Origin: Acidobacteriota bacterium
GTDB taxonomy: Bacteria > Acidobacteriota > Blastocatellia > Pyrinomonadales > Pyrinomonadaceae
Length of the DNA: 42,540 bases
Assembly: GCA_031362825.1 (NCBI GenBank)
Contig: JANLTF010000534.1
Span: 1-42,540 of the forward strand
Reading direction: 5' to 3'
Below are positions 8,862 through 17,971 of the stretch, one piece after another. A program made the translations under genes and the position numbers. The number at the start of each line of letters is the position of its first letter. Within the stretch, counting starts at the first letter, position 1. Below the pieces are notes generated by a model. It was not told where the DNA came from. It searched no databases and saw nothing but the letters and a program-made list of their open reading frames with translations.

Positions 8862-10943
8862 ATGGAACTCGAAAACCTACATTCCTTTCTCGAAAAGGCC
8901 GGTGAACGCGTGGCCAGAACGCGTGCCGGCCTGCTCATCGTTGGACAGGCCGGCGGTTCGTCGGACGACCTTGCGATCTGTTCGTTCGATCTCGACTCAC
9001 TACGGACCGAGGCTCTCGAACTGGAACTTGTCGAGGTCGCAGGCCGCCTAACCGTATGCATCGAAAAGCTCGAGAACACCTTTACCGCCGAAGGCCCCGG
9101 CACGTCAACACGCGTCAATCAGGCTCTCGATGAAGTTGCCCGTGTCGAGGCCGCTTTACTCGAAATCCCGCTTGGCTATGGTGAATTTATCGACGATGTT
9201 TCAGGCTTTGTCGATGAATCGTTCAATAGCCTTGATGCTCGTTCGTCGCCGAAATCCACCGAAGGAGGTTTCGATATCGATGAGGAAACGCTTGAGATCT
9301 TTCGCGCTGAAGCCGACGATCTCCTTGCCGGGATCTCGCACAATCTAAAATCGCTCGAAGCGTCCCCCGACGATCGGAATGCCCTCTGGGAGATACGGCG
9401 CAACGCCCACACGTTCAAGGGTGCCGCGGGCATTGTCGGCCTTCGTGCGGCATCAGAACTCGCTCACCGCGTCGAAGACCTACTCGACAAAATGGTCGAA
9501 CTGCAATGCGGTGCAAATCCTAAGATCGTCGATCTGCTCAAACGCTCGAACGCCAGCCTAAACTCCCTGACCACCGGAACGTCGGATGATGTCAAAACGC
9601 CGCCTGACGCCGATTTCTTAAAATTGATCTCGACGCTCACGTCTAACGGAAACTCGCACACGCCTGCAAACGAAACAAAACCAGCCGCAGCTAAACCCAC
9701 ACCCGAACCGGTTCGTGCTCCGTCGACACCGATCGTCCGTGTGTCACTCGACCGTTTGGATGATCTGATCCGCGTATCCCACAGCCTCGTCGAAAATCGA
9801 ACCTCGATCTCTGCAAATATCGCCGCGATCGGAAGAAATGCCTCTAACGAAGACTTTCGCAATCTCGAAGCTCTCTTTGCGACACAGCATCGACTGACCG
9901 ACGAGATGCGCGAAAAGCTTCTGCGTATTCGCATGGTAAGATTCGGCACGCTCGAAACGCGCCTCAGCCGCGCCGTCCACGTTACTTGTCAGGAAGAGAA
10001 CAAACGCGCCGCCGTCGAGATCCTTAATCCCGATATCGAGATCGACACTCAGATCATCGACGCTCTCATCGAGCCATTGCTGCATCTGCTTAAGAATGCC
10101 GTCGTCCACGGTATTGAATCTCCGGACACTCGTCGTCTGATCGGCAAACCCGAAAAAGGTCTGATCACTATCGGAGTTTCGACAGACGAAACCGACGTCA
10201 TCCTAACCGTCGAAGACGATGGACGAGGCATTTCTGCATTAAGATTAAAGGAAAAGGCCATCGAAACCGGCCTGATCACCGCCGAGGCTGCATCGAAAAT
10301 GGCGGATTTTGAGACGTGGGAGCTGATCTTCGATCGCGGCCTTACGACTGCCGACAAACTCAACTTAAACGCCGGCCGCGGCATCGGAATGAATATCGTT
10401 CGAGAAGCGGTCGAATCTCGCGGCGGCAGCGTCAGCCTGTGTACCGAACCGCAGATCGGAACGACCTTCACTATTCGAATGCCAATAGTCTTTTTGAAAT
10501 CCGAGACAGATTCTGGCACAACAACTCCACCTGAGGAAAAGCGAAGGCCGCTCGTTCTCGTCGTCGATGACAGCGCCAGCGTACGCCGCCATCACGTGAA
10601 ACTCGTCGAGAACGCGGGCTGTCAGGCGATCACGGCAAACGACGGTTCCGAAGCACTGATCTTATTGCTCTCCGGCAAATGGGAACCAGACCTGATACTT
10701 TCCGACGTTGAGATGCCAAATATGGACGGTTGGGAGCTCCTCGAATACGTCAAGACTGACAACAACTTCGGCCACATTCCCGTTGTCATGGTAACGTCAC
10801 TAGACTCAGAGGAACAGATTGCACGAGCCGCCGAACTCGAAGCGTCCGACTACAAGATCAAACCTCTAAAGGTCGAGGACGTGCCCTCGATATTAGGAAT
10901 TCTACACCATACAGTTAACGAACCGGCGGCTTACTCGGCCTGA
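8862..10943 (+). CDS. CheA-like hybrid histidine kinase (HPt, dimerisation, HATPase, receiver) without a CheW-like P5 domain
   Basis: HPt is IRRNAHTFKGAAGIVGL (His codon 9408-9410) and the dimerisation region is IVRVSLDRLDDLIRVSHSLV. The N-box is LLHLLKNAVVHGIE and the G-boxes are VEDDGRGI and GRGIGMNIV. The receiver LVLVVDDSASVRR...SDVEMPNMDG...KIKP follows about 30 aa after the ATPase domain. Confidence 0.85.
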   Translation: MELENLHSFLEKAGERVARTRAGLLIVGQAGGSSDDLAICSFDLDSLRTEALELELVEVAGRLTVCIEKLENTFTAEGPGTSTRVNQALDEVARVEAALLEIPLGYGEFIDDVSGFVDESFNSLDARSSPKSTEGGFDIDEETLEIFRAEADDLLAGISHNLKSLEASPDDRNALWEIRRNAHTFKGAAGIVGLRAASELAHRVEDLLDKMVELQCGANPKIVDLLKRSNASLNSLTTGTSDDVKTPPDADFLKLISTLTSNGNSHTPANETKPAAAKPTPEPVRAPSTPIVRVSLDRLDDLIRVSHSLVENRTSISANIAAIGRNASNEDFRNLEALFATQHRLTDEMREKLLRIRMVRFGTLETRLSRAVHVTCQEENKRAAVEILNPDIEIDTQIIDALIEPLLHLLKNAVVHGIESPDTRRLIGKPEKGLITIGVSTDETDVILTVEDDGRGISALRLKEKAIETGLITAEAASKMADFETWELIFDRGLTTADKLNLNAGRGIGMNIVREAVESRGGSVSLCTEPQIGTTFTIRMPIVFLKSETDSGTTTPPEEKRRPLVLVVDDSASVRRHHVKLVENAGCQAITANDGSEALILLLSGKWEPDLILSDVEMPNMDGWELLEYVKTDNNFGHIPVVMVTSLDSEEQIARAAELEASDYKIKPLKVEDVPSILGILHHTVNEPAAYSA

Positions 10944-11631
10944 TCTCGATTTTGCTCGGCAACGCACGCGGGTTCATTCCCAGCAGGTCCATCACGACCT
11001 CCGCTATATCTTCGGGCTGGAGTTGCCACGCCTTTTCGTCGGACGGCGTGTCGTTTCCAAAGTAGGTATTAACACTGCCCGGACAGATGTAGCTAACCTT
11101 GATATTGTCCTGCCGAACCTCTTGCATCAGGGCTTCCGAGAAGCCGTTGAGTCCGAATTTGGATGCATTATATGCCGCCATCTTTGGATGTGCATTCTGC
11201 CCTGCAAGGCTAGAAATATTAAAGATATATCCACCGCCGCGACGCTTCATAGACGGAATTGCATGATGGCATGCATAAAAGACGCCAAATAAGTTGGTTT
11301 CGAGCGTCTGCCGAAACTCATCCCCCGACAATTCCTCGACGGTTTTTCCAAACACGCCCATCCCGGCATTATTGACCAATATATCGATGCCGCCGAGCGT
11401 CCGCTCGCATTCCTCAAGCATCTGCCTGACCTGATCTTCGCTCCTCACATCGCAGACCTCGCCGCCCGCACGGCCGTGTTTAGAAAGATCGGCTACCGTG
11501 TCGCGAACGTCCGTTCGGTTTCGCCCACAAATAAAAACGCTAGCACTCGCCCTGGCCAAACTGTCTGCGATCGCAAATCCAATTCCTTTCGTGCCGCCCG
11601 TCACAACCGCGACTTTTCCGTCTAATTTCAT
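10915..11631 (-). CDS. SDR family oxidoreductase
   Basis: It has TGGTKGIG, NNAG and YNASK motifs. The ATG at 11631 (MKLDGKVAVVTGG) is preferred over the TTG at 11646. Confidence 0.85.
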   Translation of the reverse strand: MKLDGKVAVVTGGTKGIGFAIADSLARASASVFICGRNRTDVRDTVADLSKHGRAGGEVCDVRSEDQVRQMLEECERTLGGIDILVNNAGMGVFGKTVEELSGDEFRQTLETNLFGVFYACHHAIPSMKRRGGGYIFNISSLAGQNAHPKMAAYNASKFGLNGFSEALMQEVRQDNIKVSYICPGSVNTYFGNDTPSDEKAWQLQPEDIAEVVMDLLGMNPRALPSKIEIRPSKPPVR

Positions 11632-11646
11632 AAAACCAGTGAACAA

Positions 11647-12597
11647 TTAGTTCTTAGAGCTAGCCAGCGTCGAAGTTCCTTCCGGAATTTTCAATTTTGG
11701 CGAATCGACATCCCTCAGTTCTATCCAAACGATGGTCACGCTTCCATCAGTTTCTTTCGCCACAACCCGAAAAGCTACGATCATATCGCGGCGGCGGTCA
11801 AAGTCCATTTCGTTATAGTGTGCTCCCGGAACCGCACGCAACACCTTGCCGTCGTAAGCCACAACCCTCATGGCGTAGGTCGAGTTCTCTTTCACAGCCA
11901 ACGCCCGGCCGAAGATAAATCCATCGCGTTCGAGGCCGGTAACAACGAGTTCTTCGATTGCCTTTGCACGTTCGAAATCACTCGCGGGCTTAAACTCCGA
12001 TAGAAAGTCAACGCCAAGCGTCTTGAGCGAAACGCTTTCGATAGCAACGTCGCCGATTTTTGTCATCAGGCCGTGCATCATAATGCCCGGAATACGAAAA
12101 TTTTCACCTGCGAGCATCAGGTCGGCAAGATGCCGGATGCGATAGTGACCGGTACGAAATGAAAAAGAGTTGCCTGAGCCCGGCATCGTGTATTTGAGGC
12201 ATTTTTCAGTTGCCATTACTACCCTATCGTTCTCGCCGCACCCCGCGTCCGCAACGAGCTTGAATACGCCCGTATTCTCTCGCGCGAGAAATGCCTTATA
12301 TTGCCGTAAGATCTCCGCACTCGGCGAGATCGATGCGAGTTCTTCGTCGGTTGGTTTTCGATAGAGAGGCTGGGCGTATCGCTGAACGATTATCTGCCTC
12401 AAGGCGAGGCCTTGGGCGGGCGTAACCGTCGTTCGGTTATCAACCTGCGGATTGTTAATGAAGATTCGGTTTGGTAGCGAGAAAAGAGGTGTCACTTGCG
12501 GAACCGGTGTTGACGAAGGAGTCGGAGTAGCTTGTTGACCAAAAATACCGGTAGCGAACGATCCAACAACGATCAGAAACCAAAAAAGCCGTTTCAT
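11647..12597 (-). CDS. Secreted hypothetical protein
   Basis: 316-aa ORF with GGGAGG upstream of ATG 12597. The signal peptide is MKRLFWFLIVVGSFATGIFG, followed by a Pro/Thr linker. I recognise no family. Confidence 0.6.
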   Translation of the reverse strand: MKRLFWFLIVVGSFATGIFGQQATPTPSSTPVPQVTPLFSLPNRIFINNPQVDNRTTVTPAQGLALRQIIVQRYAQPLYRKPTDEELASISPSAEILRQYKAFLARENTGVFKLVADAGCGENDRVVMATEKCLKYTMPGSGNSFSFRTGHYRIRHLADLMLAGENFRIPGIMMHGLMTKIGDVAIESVSLKTLGVDFLSEFKPASDFERAKAIEELVVTGLERDGFIFGRALAVKENSTYAMRVVAYDGKVLRAVPGAHYNEMDFDRRRDMIVAFRVVAKETDGSVTIVWIELRDVDSPKLKIPEGTSTLASSKN

Positions 12598-12619
12598 ACC
12601 ACCTCCCGCGAATGTCCGC

Positions 12620-14089
12620 CTAAAGTTTTTCCTTCAATATATCATTTACGACCTTCGGATTCGCCTTGCCCTGCGAAGCCTTCATTACCTGTCCCACGAA
12701 AAACCCAAACAACTTTTCATTCCCGCCGCGATACGCATCAACGTTGGCCTGGTTTGCGGCGATCACCTTGTCCACGATCTTCTCGATCGCACCGCTGTCC
12801 GAAACTTGCTCAAATCCTTTTTCCTTTACAACCTCTGCTGCTGTCTTGCCGGTGGCGAACATCTCGATCAAAACCTCTTTGGCCTGATTATTATTGATAG
12901 CTCCTGACTCGACCGTTGTGAGGAGGGCAGCAAGATCCTCAGCCGTCACGAGGCTTGCGCCGATAGCTTCGCCCGAATTGTTTATTTCGCGTGTCAATTC
13001 GCCGAGTATCCAGTTCGCCGACAGTTTCGGATTTTTGCTGAATCGGGCAGTCGTCTCAAAGTATTCTGCCAGATCTCTGTCGGCAACCAGTTGCGAAGCC
13101 TCGCCAAACCCAAGTTCGTAGACCTCAATAAACCGATCACGCATCGTGTCCGGCAGCTCCGGCATGTGTGCCTTTACGGCGTCGATAAATTCGGTCGTGA
13201 CGACCAGTGGCTGCAGGTCGGGCTCTGGGAAATATCGATAATCGTGAGCGTCCTCTTTGCCGCGCATAAAGCGCGTCATATTGCTTTTTTCGTCCCACAG
13301 CCGCGATTCCTGATTCACCGCTTCGCCGGCCTCGTGAGCTTCGATCTGGCGTTCGATCTCGTACTCGATCGCTTTCTGCATAAACCGGACGGAATTGAGA
13401 TTTTTCAGCTCGACCTTATTTCTAAATGCCGTCTCGCCTACCTTGCGAACCGACACATTCGCCTCGCAACGCAGGTTTCCCTTTTCCATATCCGCGTCGC
13501 TCGCACCAACCCATTGCAACACGCGGCGAACGTGATTGACATAATCGTAAGCCTGCCAGGACGTGCGAAAGTCCGGTGAAGTAACGATCTCGCCCAGCGG
13601 AGTTCCGGCACGATTCAGATCGACGTATGAGAATTTGTCGGTTTCGGGCAAACCGTCATGGACATTCTTGCCCGCATCTTCCTCGAGGTGCATCCGCTGA
13701 ATGTGGATCGTCATCGGCTGCCATTCGGACGGACGCCCGTGTTCGTCACGTTCGGATGTGAGGATCGTAAGATGCCCGTTCGCCGAAAACGGTTTGTCGT
13801 ACTGCGAGATCTGATAGCCTTTTGGAAGGTCAGGATAAAAGTAATTCTTACGCGCAAAGATCGATGTTTCCTGCACCTCAAGCCCCAAAGCAAGCGCCGC
13901 CCTCGCCCCAAGTTCGATCACACGCCGATTCAACACCGGCAACGCTCCCGGCAGCCCCAAACAAGTCGGACACGTATTCGAATTAGGCTCGCCGCCTGTC
14001 TCGACCGCGCACGAACAAAAGATCTTCGTCTCCGTTGCCAACTGCGCATGGATCTCCATGCCGATCACTGCTTCCCAGCCTTGTTTCAT
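12620..14089 (-). CDS. gatB: Asp-tRNA(Asn)/Glu-tRNA(Gln) amidotransferase subunit B
   Basis: Full-length match to the GatB pattern: WEAVIGMEIHAQL, KIFCSC, PGALPVLN and a C-terminal YqeY-like tail. Confidence 0.95.
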   Translation of the reverse strand: MKQGWEAVIGMEIHAQLATETKIFCSCAVETGGEPNSNTCPTCLGLPGALPVLNRRVIELGARAALALGLEVQETSIFARKNYFYPDLPKGYQISQYDKPFSANGHLTILTSERDEHGRPSEWQPMTIHIQRMHLEEDAGKNVHDGLPETDKFSYVDLNRAGTPLGEIVTSPDFRTSWQAYDYVNHVRRVLQWVGASDADMEKGNLRCEANVSVRKVGETAFRNKVELKNLNSVRFMQKAIEYEIERQIEAHEAGEAVNQESRLWDEKSNMTRFMRGKEDAHDYRYFPEPDLQPLVVTTEFIDAVKAHMPELPDTMRDRFIEVYELGFGEASQLVADRDLAEYFETTARFSKNPKLSANWILGELTREINNSGEAIGASLVTAEDLAALLTTVESGAINNNQAKEVLIEMFATGKTAAEVVKEKGFEQVSDSGAIEKIVDKVIAANQANVDAYRGGNEKLFGFFVGQVMKASQGKANPKVVNDILKEKL

Positions 14090-14101
14090 AATGATTTTCG
14101 T

Positions 14102-14416
14102 CTATACGGTCGCGAGTTGTTCCTCAATAAAAGCGTTCAAGCTCTTACCGCTCTTCTTTGCGTTTGAATAGAGACGCTGGTGCAGCGAAGGAGATATCCT
14201 TACAACAAAATTCCCTGAAAAAGTACGATCAGGTTCTTCGCCCCGCTTCGAACAAAACTCAAGATAGTCTTCGACCGAATTCTTAAATTCCCGCTTTAAT
14301 TCAGTTACCGATTTACCATAGAAAGTTATCACGTCCCGAGTATTAATAACGGTGCCGTGAAACATTTCTAGTTCATCGTCAAAATCTACTGCGGCTTCGT
14401 AATTCTTATACTTCAT
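14102..14416 (-). CDS. hicB: HicB family antitoxin
   Basis: FHGTVINTRDVITFYGKSVTELKREFKNSVEDYLEFCSKRGEEP followed by an RHH-like tail (VVRISPSLHQRL...GKSLNAFIEEQL). It overlaps hicA by 11 nt. Confidence 0.8.
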   Translation of the reverse strand: MKYKNYEAAVDFDDELEMFHGTVINTRDVITFYGKSVTELKREFKNSVEDYLEFCSKRGEEPDRTFSGNFVVRISPSLHQRLYSNAKKSGKSLNAFIEEQLATV

Positions 14417-14669
14417 TCCTTTTGATTCCGGCCTCCGTCAAAAATCTCTGGATATCTTTTACAGCACCCTTGTCCGCCTCCTTCTGGGGGTGAGGGCGAT
14501 GAAAAACCGACCGTACTCCATTCAGTGCTATTCGAACACGTGAACCACTTCCCTCTTCGATCTCCGCACCTAAGGCAACGAGTAATTTCTCGATGTCGCC
14601 CCAGACAATGTTCGCCGGTGTCGGCGAGTGAAATATCGAGGCCAGCGTCTGTCGAAGCTTCTTATTCAC
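14406..14669 (-). CDS. hicA: HicA family toxin
   Basis: LASIFHSPTPANIVWGDIEKLLVALGAEIEEGSGSRVRIALNGVRSVFHRPHPQKEADKGAV matches the HicA pattern. The start is GTG, with an in-frame TAA immediately upstream. Confidence 0.8.
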   Translation of the reverse strand: MNKKLRQTLASIFHSPTPANIVWGDIEKLLVALGAEIEEGSGSRVRIALNGVRSVFHRPHPQKEADKGAVKDIQRFLTEAGIKRNEV

Positions 14670-14677
14670 TTATCCAG

Positions 14678-14700
14678 TAGTATCATATACTAGTATCATA
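14678..14700 (-). promoter_or_regulatory. Putative hicAB promoter/operator: direct repeat TAGTATCATA-N3-TAGTATCATA containing the palindrome ATACTAGTAT
   Basis: It lies 9-31 nt upstream of the hicA start. On the coding strand it reads TATGATACTAGTATATGATACTA, which gives two TATGAT -10-like hexamers. Confidence 0.35.
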
Positions 14701-14712
14701 ATAAAATAGAAA

Positions 14713-15198
14713 TCATCTCGGCCTGATAAATAAGGCCCTCGGCTGCGTCCGCGGCCCGGTCGGCCAAAATTGCCCGCCGGCGAAATATCCCGGCTGGCTA
14801 TTGTATTTAACCTGCGGATATCTGTAACGCCGCCCGTTGTTCCAATAGTAGGTTGGCATCGCGACACCGTCGACTACGATCATGGTCGATTCGCTTTCCT
14901 TCACCTCGGCACGCCGTATTGCGGCTTCGTACTCGGCGTTTATTCTTTCTCGTTCTAGTCGTTCCGCCCGTAAGCGAGCCGCCGTCTCGGACAATACCTG
15001 TCGGTCGTGCTCGTTGCGCTTTTCGAGTTCCTCAGGCGACGGGAAACCGCGTCTTGCGTAGTTCTCACGATAATCCGCTTTCGCCTTTTCTCGTTCGACC
15101 CGATACTTTTCGAGATCAAGATTCGTAACAACATTAGTTTGGGCGAGCGCCGTCATACCCGATGCAAAGATCACACAGACAAAACACAGAATTTTCAT
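14713..15198 (-). CDS. Secreted hypothetical protein (charged coiled-coil-like middle, Tyr/Arg/Pro-rich C-terminus)
   Basis: The signal peptide is MKILCFVCVIFASGMTALA, followed by an ERE-rich helix. I recognise no family. Confidence 0.6.
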   Translation of the reverse strand: MKILCFVCVIFASGMTALAQTNVVTNLDLEKYRVEREKAKADYRENYARRGFPSPEELEKRNEHDRQVLSETAARLRAERLERERINAEYEAAIRRAEVKESESTMIVVDGVAMPTYYWNNGRRYRYPQVKYNSQPGYFAGGQFWPTGPRTQPRALFIRPR

Positions 15199-15269
15199 AA
15201 TTCATTGCCTCCGATGACGTGATTTTACCACGATACTCTTTCTGGCAGAAGAATTTTTGACCGCGAAAA

Positions 15270-15340
15270 ACGCAAAAAGACGCTAAAGGAACAAAGAATC
15301 TCGTGGTATTTCTTATTCGTCCCTTTCACGTCTTTCGCTG
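15270..15340 (-). terminator. Imperfect long hairpin downstream of the TonB-receptor stop (likely terminator / REP-like)
   Basis: On the minus strand, GCGAAAGACGTGAAAGGGA...TCCTTTAGCGTCTTTTTGC is followed by GTTTTT. The core pairing is AAAGACG/CGTCTTT plus AAGG/CCTT. Confidence 0.45.
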
Positions 15341-15350
15341 TTAACCTCTT

Positions 15351-17732
15351 CTAAAATCCGAACGCCAACCCAATACGTCCGGTCGCTTTCGCAGTGCGGA
15401 AGCCGTTTTCATAGTATTCCTGATTAAAAACGTTCTCCACGGTCCCAAACAAACGCAGCGTCAATTTCTCCTGCTTAAACCCAAACGTATATCCCGCCGT
15501 CAGATCGCCCTTTCGGTTGCCTGCAAAACGATAAACGTAGGTCGAAAACGTCGAGTTGCTAAAGATCGGAGCAAGATAATCGGACGTTGCAAGCAGATCA
15601 AAGTTGATCCAAAACCGCTTGAATCGCTGCGTAGCAACGAGCGTAAACTGCTGCGTCGGAACGCCAAGCGTCGTTATGATCCGACTGCCCGATACTTGCG
15701 GCGTGATCTGATCGCTGTTGGTGTAGGTATAGGACGTAAAAATATCGGTCGAACTCGTCGGTTTAAGCGTCGCACTAAACTCACCACCGCGAGCGATGCC
15801 GCCTTTTTGATTTAGATAGCCGCCAAACGGCCTCGTGGTTGTACCAATATTCGGAACGACATTCCCGTAGCCGATCACGTCCGTAAGTTTGGTGTAGAAG
15901 TAGGTGGCGGACAGCCGCACCATGTTCTTAACGAGACTTTGCTCAATACCGGCGTCAAACGCGATCGTCTTTTCCGGCCTCAGGAACGGATCGCCAAGAG
16001 CCACAAAACTCGGCGTGCCGAACGACGAAAAGAAAGTACCCATCCGCTCGTACAGCGAAGGCACACGATAGCCGTTGCCAATATGGGCGCGGAGTTTAGT
16101 CCCGGTCTTTGAAATAAAATACGAAGCCGAGCCATCTGCCGTAAACGCCGTCGGCGGGTTGTCGAGCACGAGATTATTGTACGGAGCATTCGTCAGACTA
16201 AACGACGGACGGTCGAGGCTGAATTGCTGAACCCGAACGCCGCCCGCAAGTTGCAAATTACCGTCAAGCAGGCGAACCAGATCCTGCACATAAAACGTGT
16301 TGCTCGACTGTCCAGCCTTCGTGAAAAAATTGCCGGTCCCCGAAGGCGTTTTGCCGTCATTGCCGTATTTTTCGTTTTCGAACTCATACCCGACGGTGAG
16401 TTGATTTTCCTTGACCGGCGTCCATTTCAGATGGACATTTGCCGTATTGATCGTGCCCTCGAAAACGCTTGTCGAGGCACTTTGAAAACCCGCACCGAGC
16501 GTCCCGTTGTCGTTCGTCCGCTTCGTCGTCAGCCCTTGGTAATAGCCGCTGACGACCAGTTTGCTGTTGACGACCTGATTAACTGCGAGTTGTCCGCTAA
16601 AGAACTTGGATTTCTGAAGGCTGTCTGGGTCGTTGGCATCCGCGACAAAATTAACGCCCGCGTTGGCGTTGATAATGGTCGCATTCGACGCTGGCAAGGT
16701 TCCGAATGTGTCGGGACTCGAATTCAAACGAACCCTTGCATCGGACACAAAAAACCTGCCGGAGATATTCGTTTTCGAAAAAGGATTAAACTCGACACGA
16801 GATTGAAAATTCGTGTTGTTCGCGTTGTCCTGGCCGTCGACGCCTTTGGTGTAAGCGGTTCGCGAAACGCCCGCCGTGATACCAAACTTGCCGTTCGCGA
16901 GCCCATGCGATATATTGCCGCGAAAACGTCCGAGCCCAAGCCCGCCGTACGCACCGGAGATCTGCCCGTGGGTTCCCGTTCGTGCTGTCGGCGTTTGAAA
17001 ATCTAATGTTCCGCCAACCGCATTCGTACCATACAACGACGAACCCGAACCACGCAGCACCTCAATCTTAGCAACGCTCGTCAACGTAAAGTCACTCAAA
17101 AACGGCGACGAATCACCCGTGATCGCCGAAGCATCACGAAACCGAATCCCGTCGATCAAAATCGCAGTATCCTGATTTCGCAATCCGCGAGTCTTAATAG
17201 TCGCCGTCCGTCCAAATCCACCAAGCTGCTGAACGCGAACCCCCGGAATTGTCCGCAGCGTTTCGGCAAGAGAAAAATCGGCACGATCCCGCATCTCTTG
17301 TGCGGTAACAACATCGACGGTTTTTGAGACCTGTTCTATGGTCTGACTCTCTCCAGCAGAAATAGTTACTATTTCATTAATAAAAGATGCGGACGTTCTT
17401 GCCGGCGGATCAGGTTGTATAAACAAAAAATCCGTCGTTACCGACCGACCACCACTTACCATAATTTCTTTTGAATCGACTCCTGTGCGGAACACAGGAT
17501 CATTAAGGTAAACCCTTATTCTGTACTTGCCTTCCAAAACTTGATTGAACCGATACTCGCCGTTGGCATCGGACGTTGCTCTATCGATTTCGGTATTGTT
17601 CCGCTGCAAAATAACACGAACCGAAACCGGCTTTTCATTCACCGTTATCCGCCCGGAGATTGCCGCTCCACCTTGTGCGACTGTGCTGGCAGCACAAAAC
17701 CAAACAAAACAAACCACTAACAGTACCTTCAT
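15351..17732 (-). CDS. TonB-dependent receptor with N-terminal CarboxypepD_reg domain (candidate cobalamin outer-membrane transporter by context)
   Basis: ATG 17732 is preceded by AAAGGAG. The signal peptide is MKVLLVVCFVWFCAASTVAQG. Plug motifs are present (VDVVTAQEMRDR, IEVLRGSGSSLYGTNAVGG), and the long beta-barrel ends in GLAFGF. Confidence 0.9.
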   Translation of the reverse strand: MKVLLVVCFVWFCAASTVAQGGAAISGRITVNEKPVSVRVILQRNNTEIDRATSDANGEYRFNQVLEGKYRIRVYLNDPVFRTGVDSKEIMVSGGRSVTTDFLFIQPDPPARTSASFINEIVTISAGESQTIEQVSKTVDVVTAQEMRDRADFSLAETLRTIPGVRVQQLGGFGRTATIKTRGLRNQDTAILIDGIRFRDASAITGDSSPFLSDFTLTSVAKIEVLRGSGSSLYGTNAVGGTLDFQTPTARTGTHGQISGAYGGLGLGRFRGNISHGLANGKFGITAGVSRTAYTKGVDGQDNANNTNFQSRVEFNPFSKTNISGRFFVSDARVRLNSSPDTFGTLPASNATIINANAGVNFVADANDPDSLQKSKFFSGQLAVNQVVNSKLVVSGYYQGLTTKRTNDNGTLGAGFQSASTSVFEGTINTANVHLKWTPVKENQLTVGYEFENEKYGNDGKTPSGTGNFFTKAGQSSNTFYVQDLVRLLDGNLQLAGGVRVQQFSLDRPSFSLTNAPYNNLVLDNPPTAFTADGSASYFISKTGTKLRAHIGNGYRVPSLYERMGTFFSSFGTPSFVALGDPFLRPEKTIAFDAGIEQSLVKNMVRLSATYFYTKLTDVIGYGNVVPNIGTTTRPFGGYLNQKGGIARGGEFSATLKPTSSTDIFTSYTYTNSDQITPQVSGSRIITTLGVPTQQFTLVATQRFKRFWINFDLLATSDYLAPIFSNSTFSTYVYRFAGNRKGDLTAGYTFGFKQEKLTLRLFGTVENVFNQEYYENGFRTAKATGRIGLAFGF

Positions 17733-17801
17733 AACTACTCCTTTCCTGCCCATCGCAGAATGGTTCAAAAACACAACAAACGGGCAAGGTTCCAGGCTCT
17801 T

Positions 17802-17842
17802 CGATCTGAAATTTCAAATCTCAAATTTGAAATTTCAGATCG
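17802..17842. repeat. AT-rich perfect 18-bp-stem hairpin
   Basis: CGATCTGAAATTTCAAAT - CTCAA - ATTTGAAATTTCAGATCG. Confidence 0.85.
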
Positions 17843-17909
17843 ATTCACTGTTGCGTGGGCAGCGTTGGATTTGCACAAAACTTCCCTTGCGTCGTCTGTC
17901 AAACTGTTC

Positions 17910-17965
17910 AGAGTGCAAGCTTTAGCTTGTTTCTTTGCGGGGATACAAGCTAAAGCTTGCACTCT
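17910..17965. repeat. Perfect 21-bp-stem hairpin starting 7 nt downstream of the ABC ATPase stop codon
   Basis: AGAGTGCAAGCTTTAGCTTGT - 14-nt loop - ACAAGCTAAAGCTTGCACTCT. Each arm itself contains CAAGCT..AGCTTG. Confidence 0.85.
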
Positions 17966-17971
17966 AAACTC

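Noticed and set aside
10915-10943. 29-nt convergent overlap of the kinase and SDR gene ends
   Set aside because: Tail-to-tail overlaps of this size are common in compact genomes, and no structure or motif suggests regulation.
16224-17006. Long antisense ORFs inside well-supported genes (for example 16224-17006+, 8513-9118-, 5681-6256+, 13091-13579+, 13658-14167+, 9464-9949-, 7245-7742-, 22911-23439-)
   Set aside because: Each is fully embedded opposite a gene with clear family motifs. The translations are Arg/Ser/Pro-rich, typical of shadow frames in GC-rich coding DNA.
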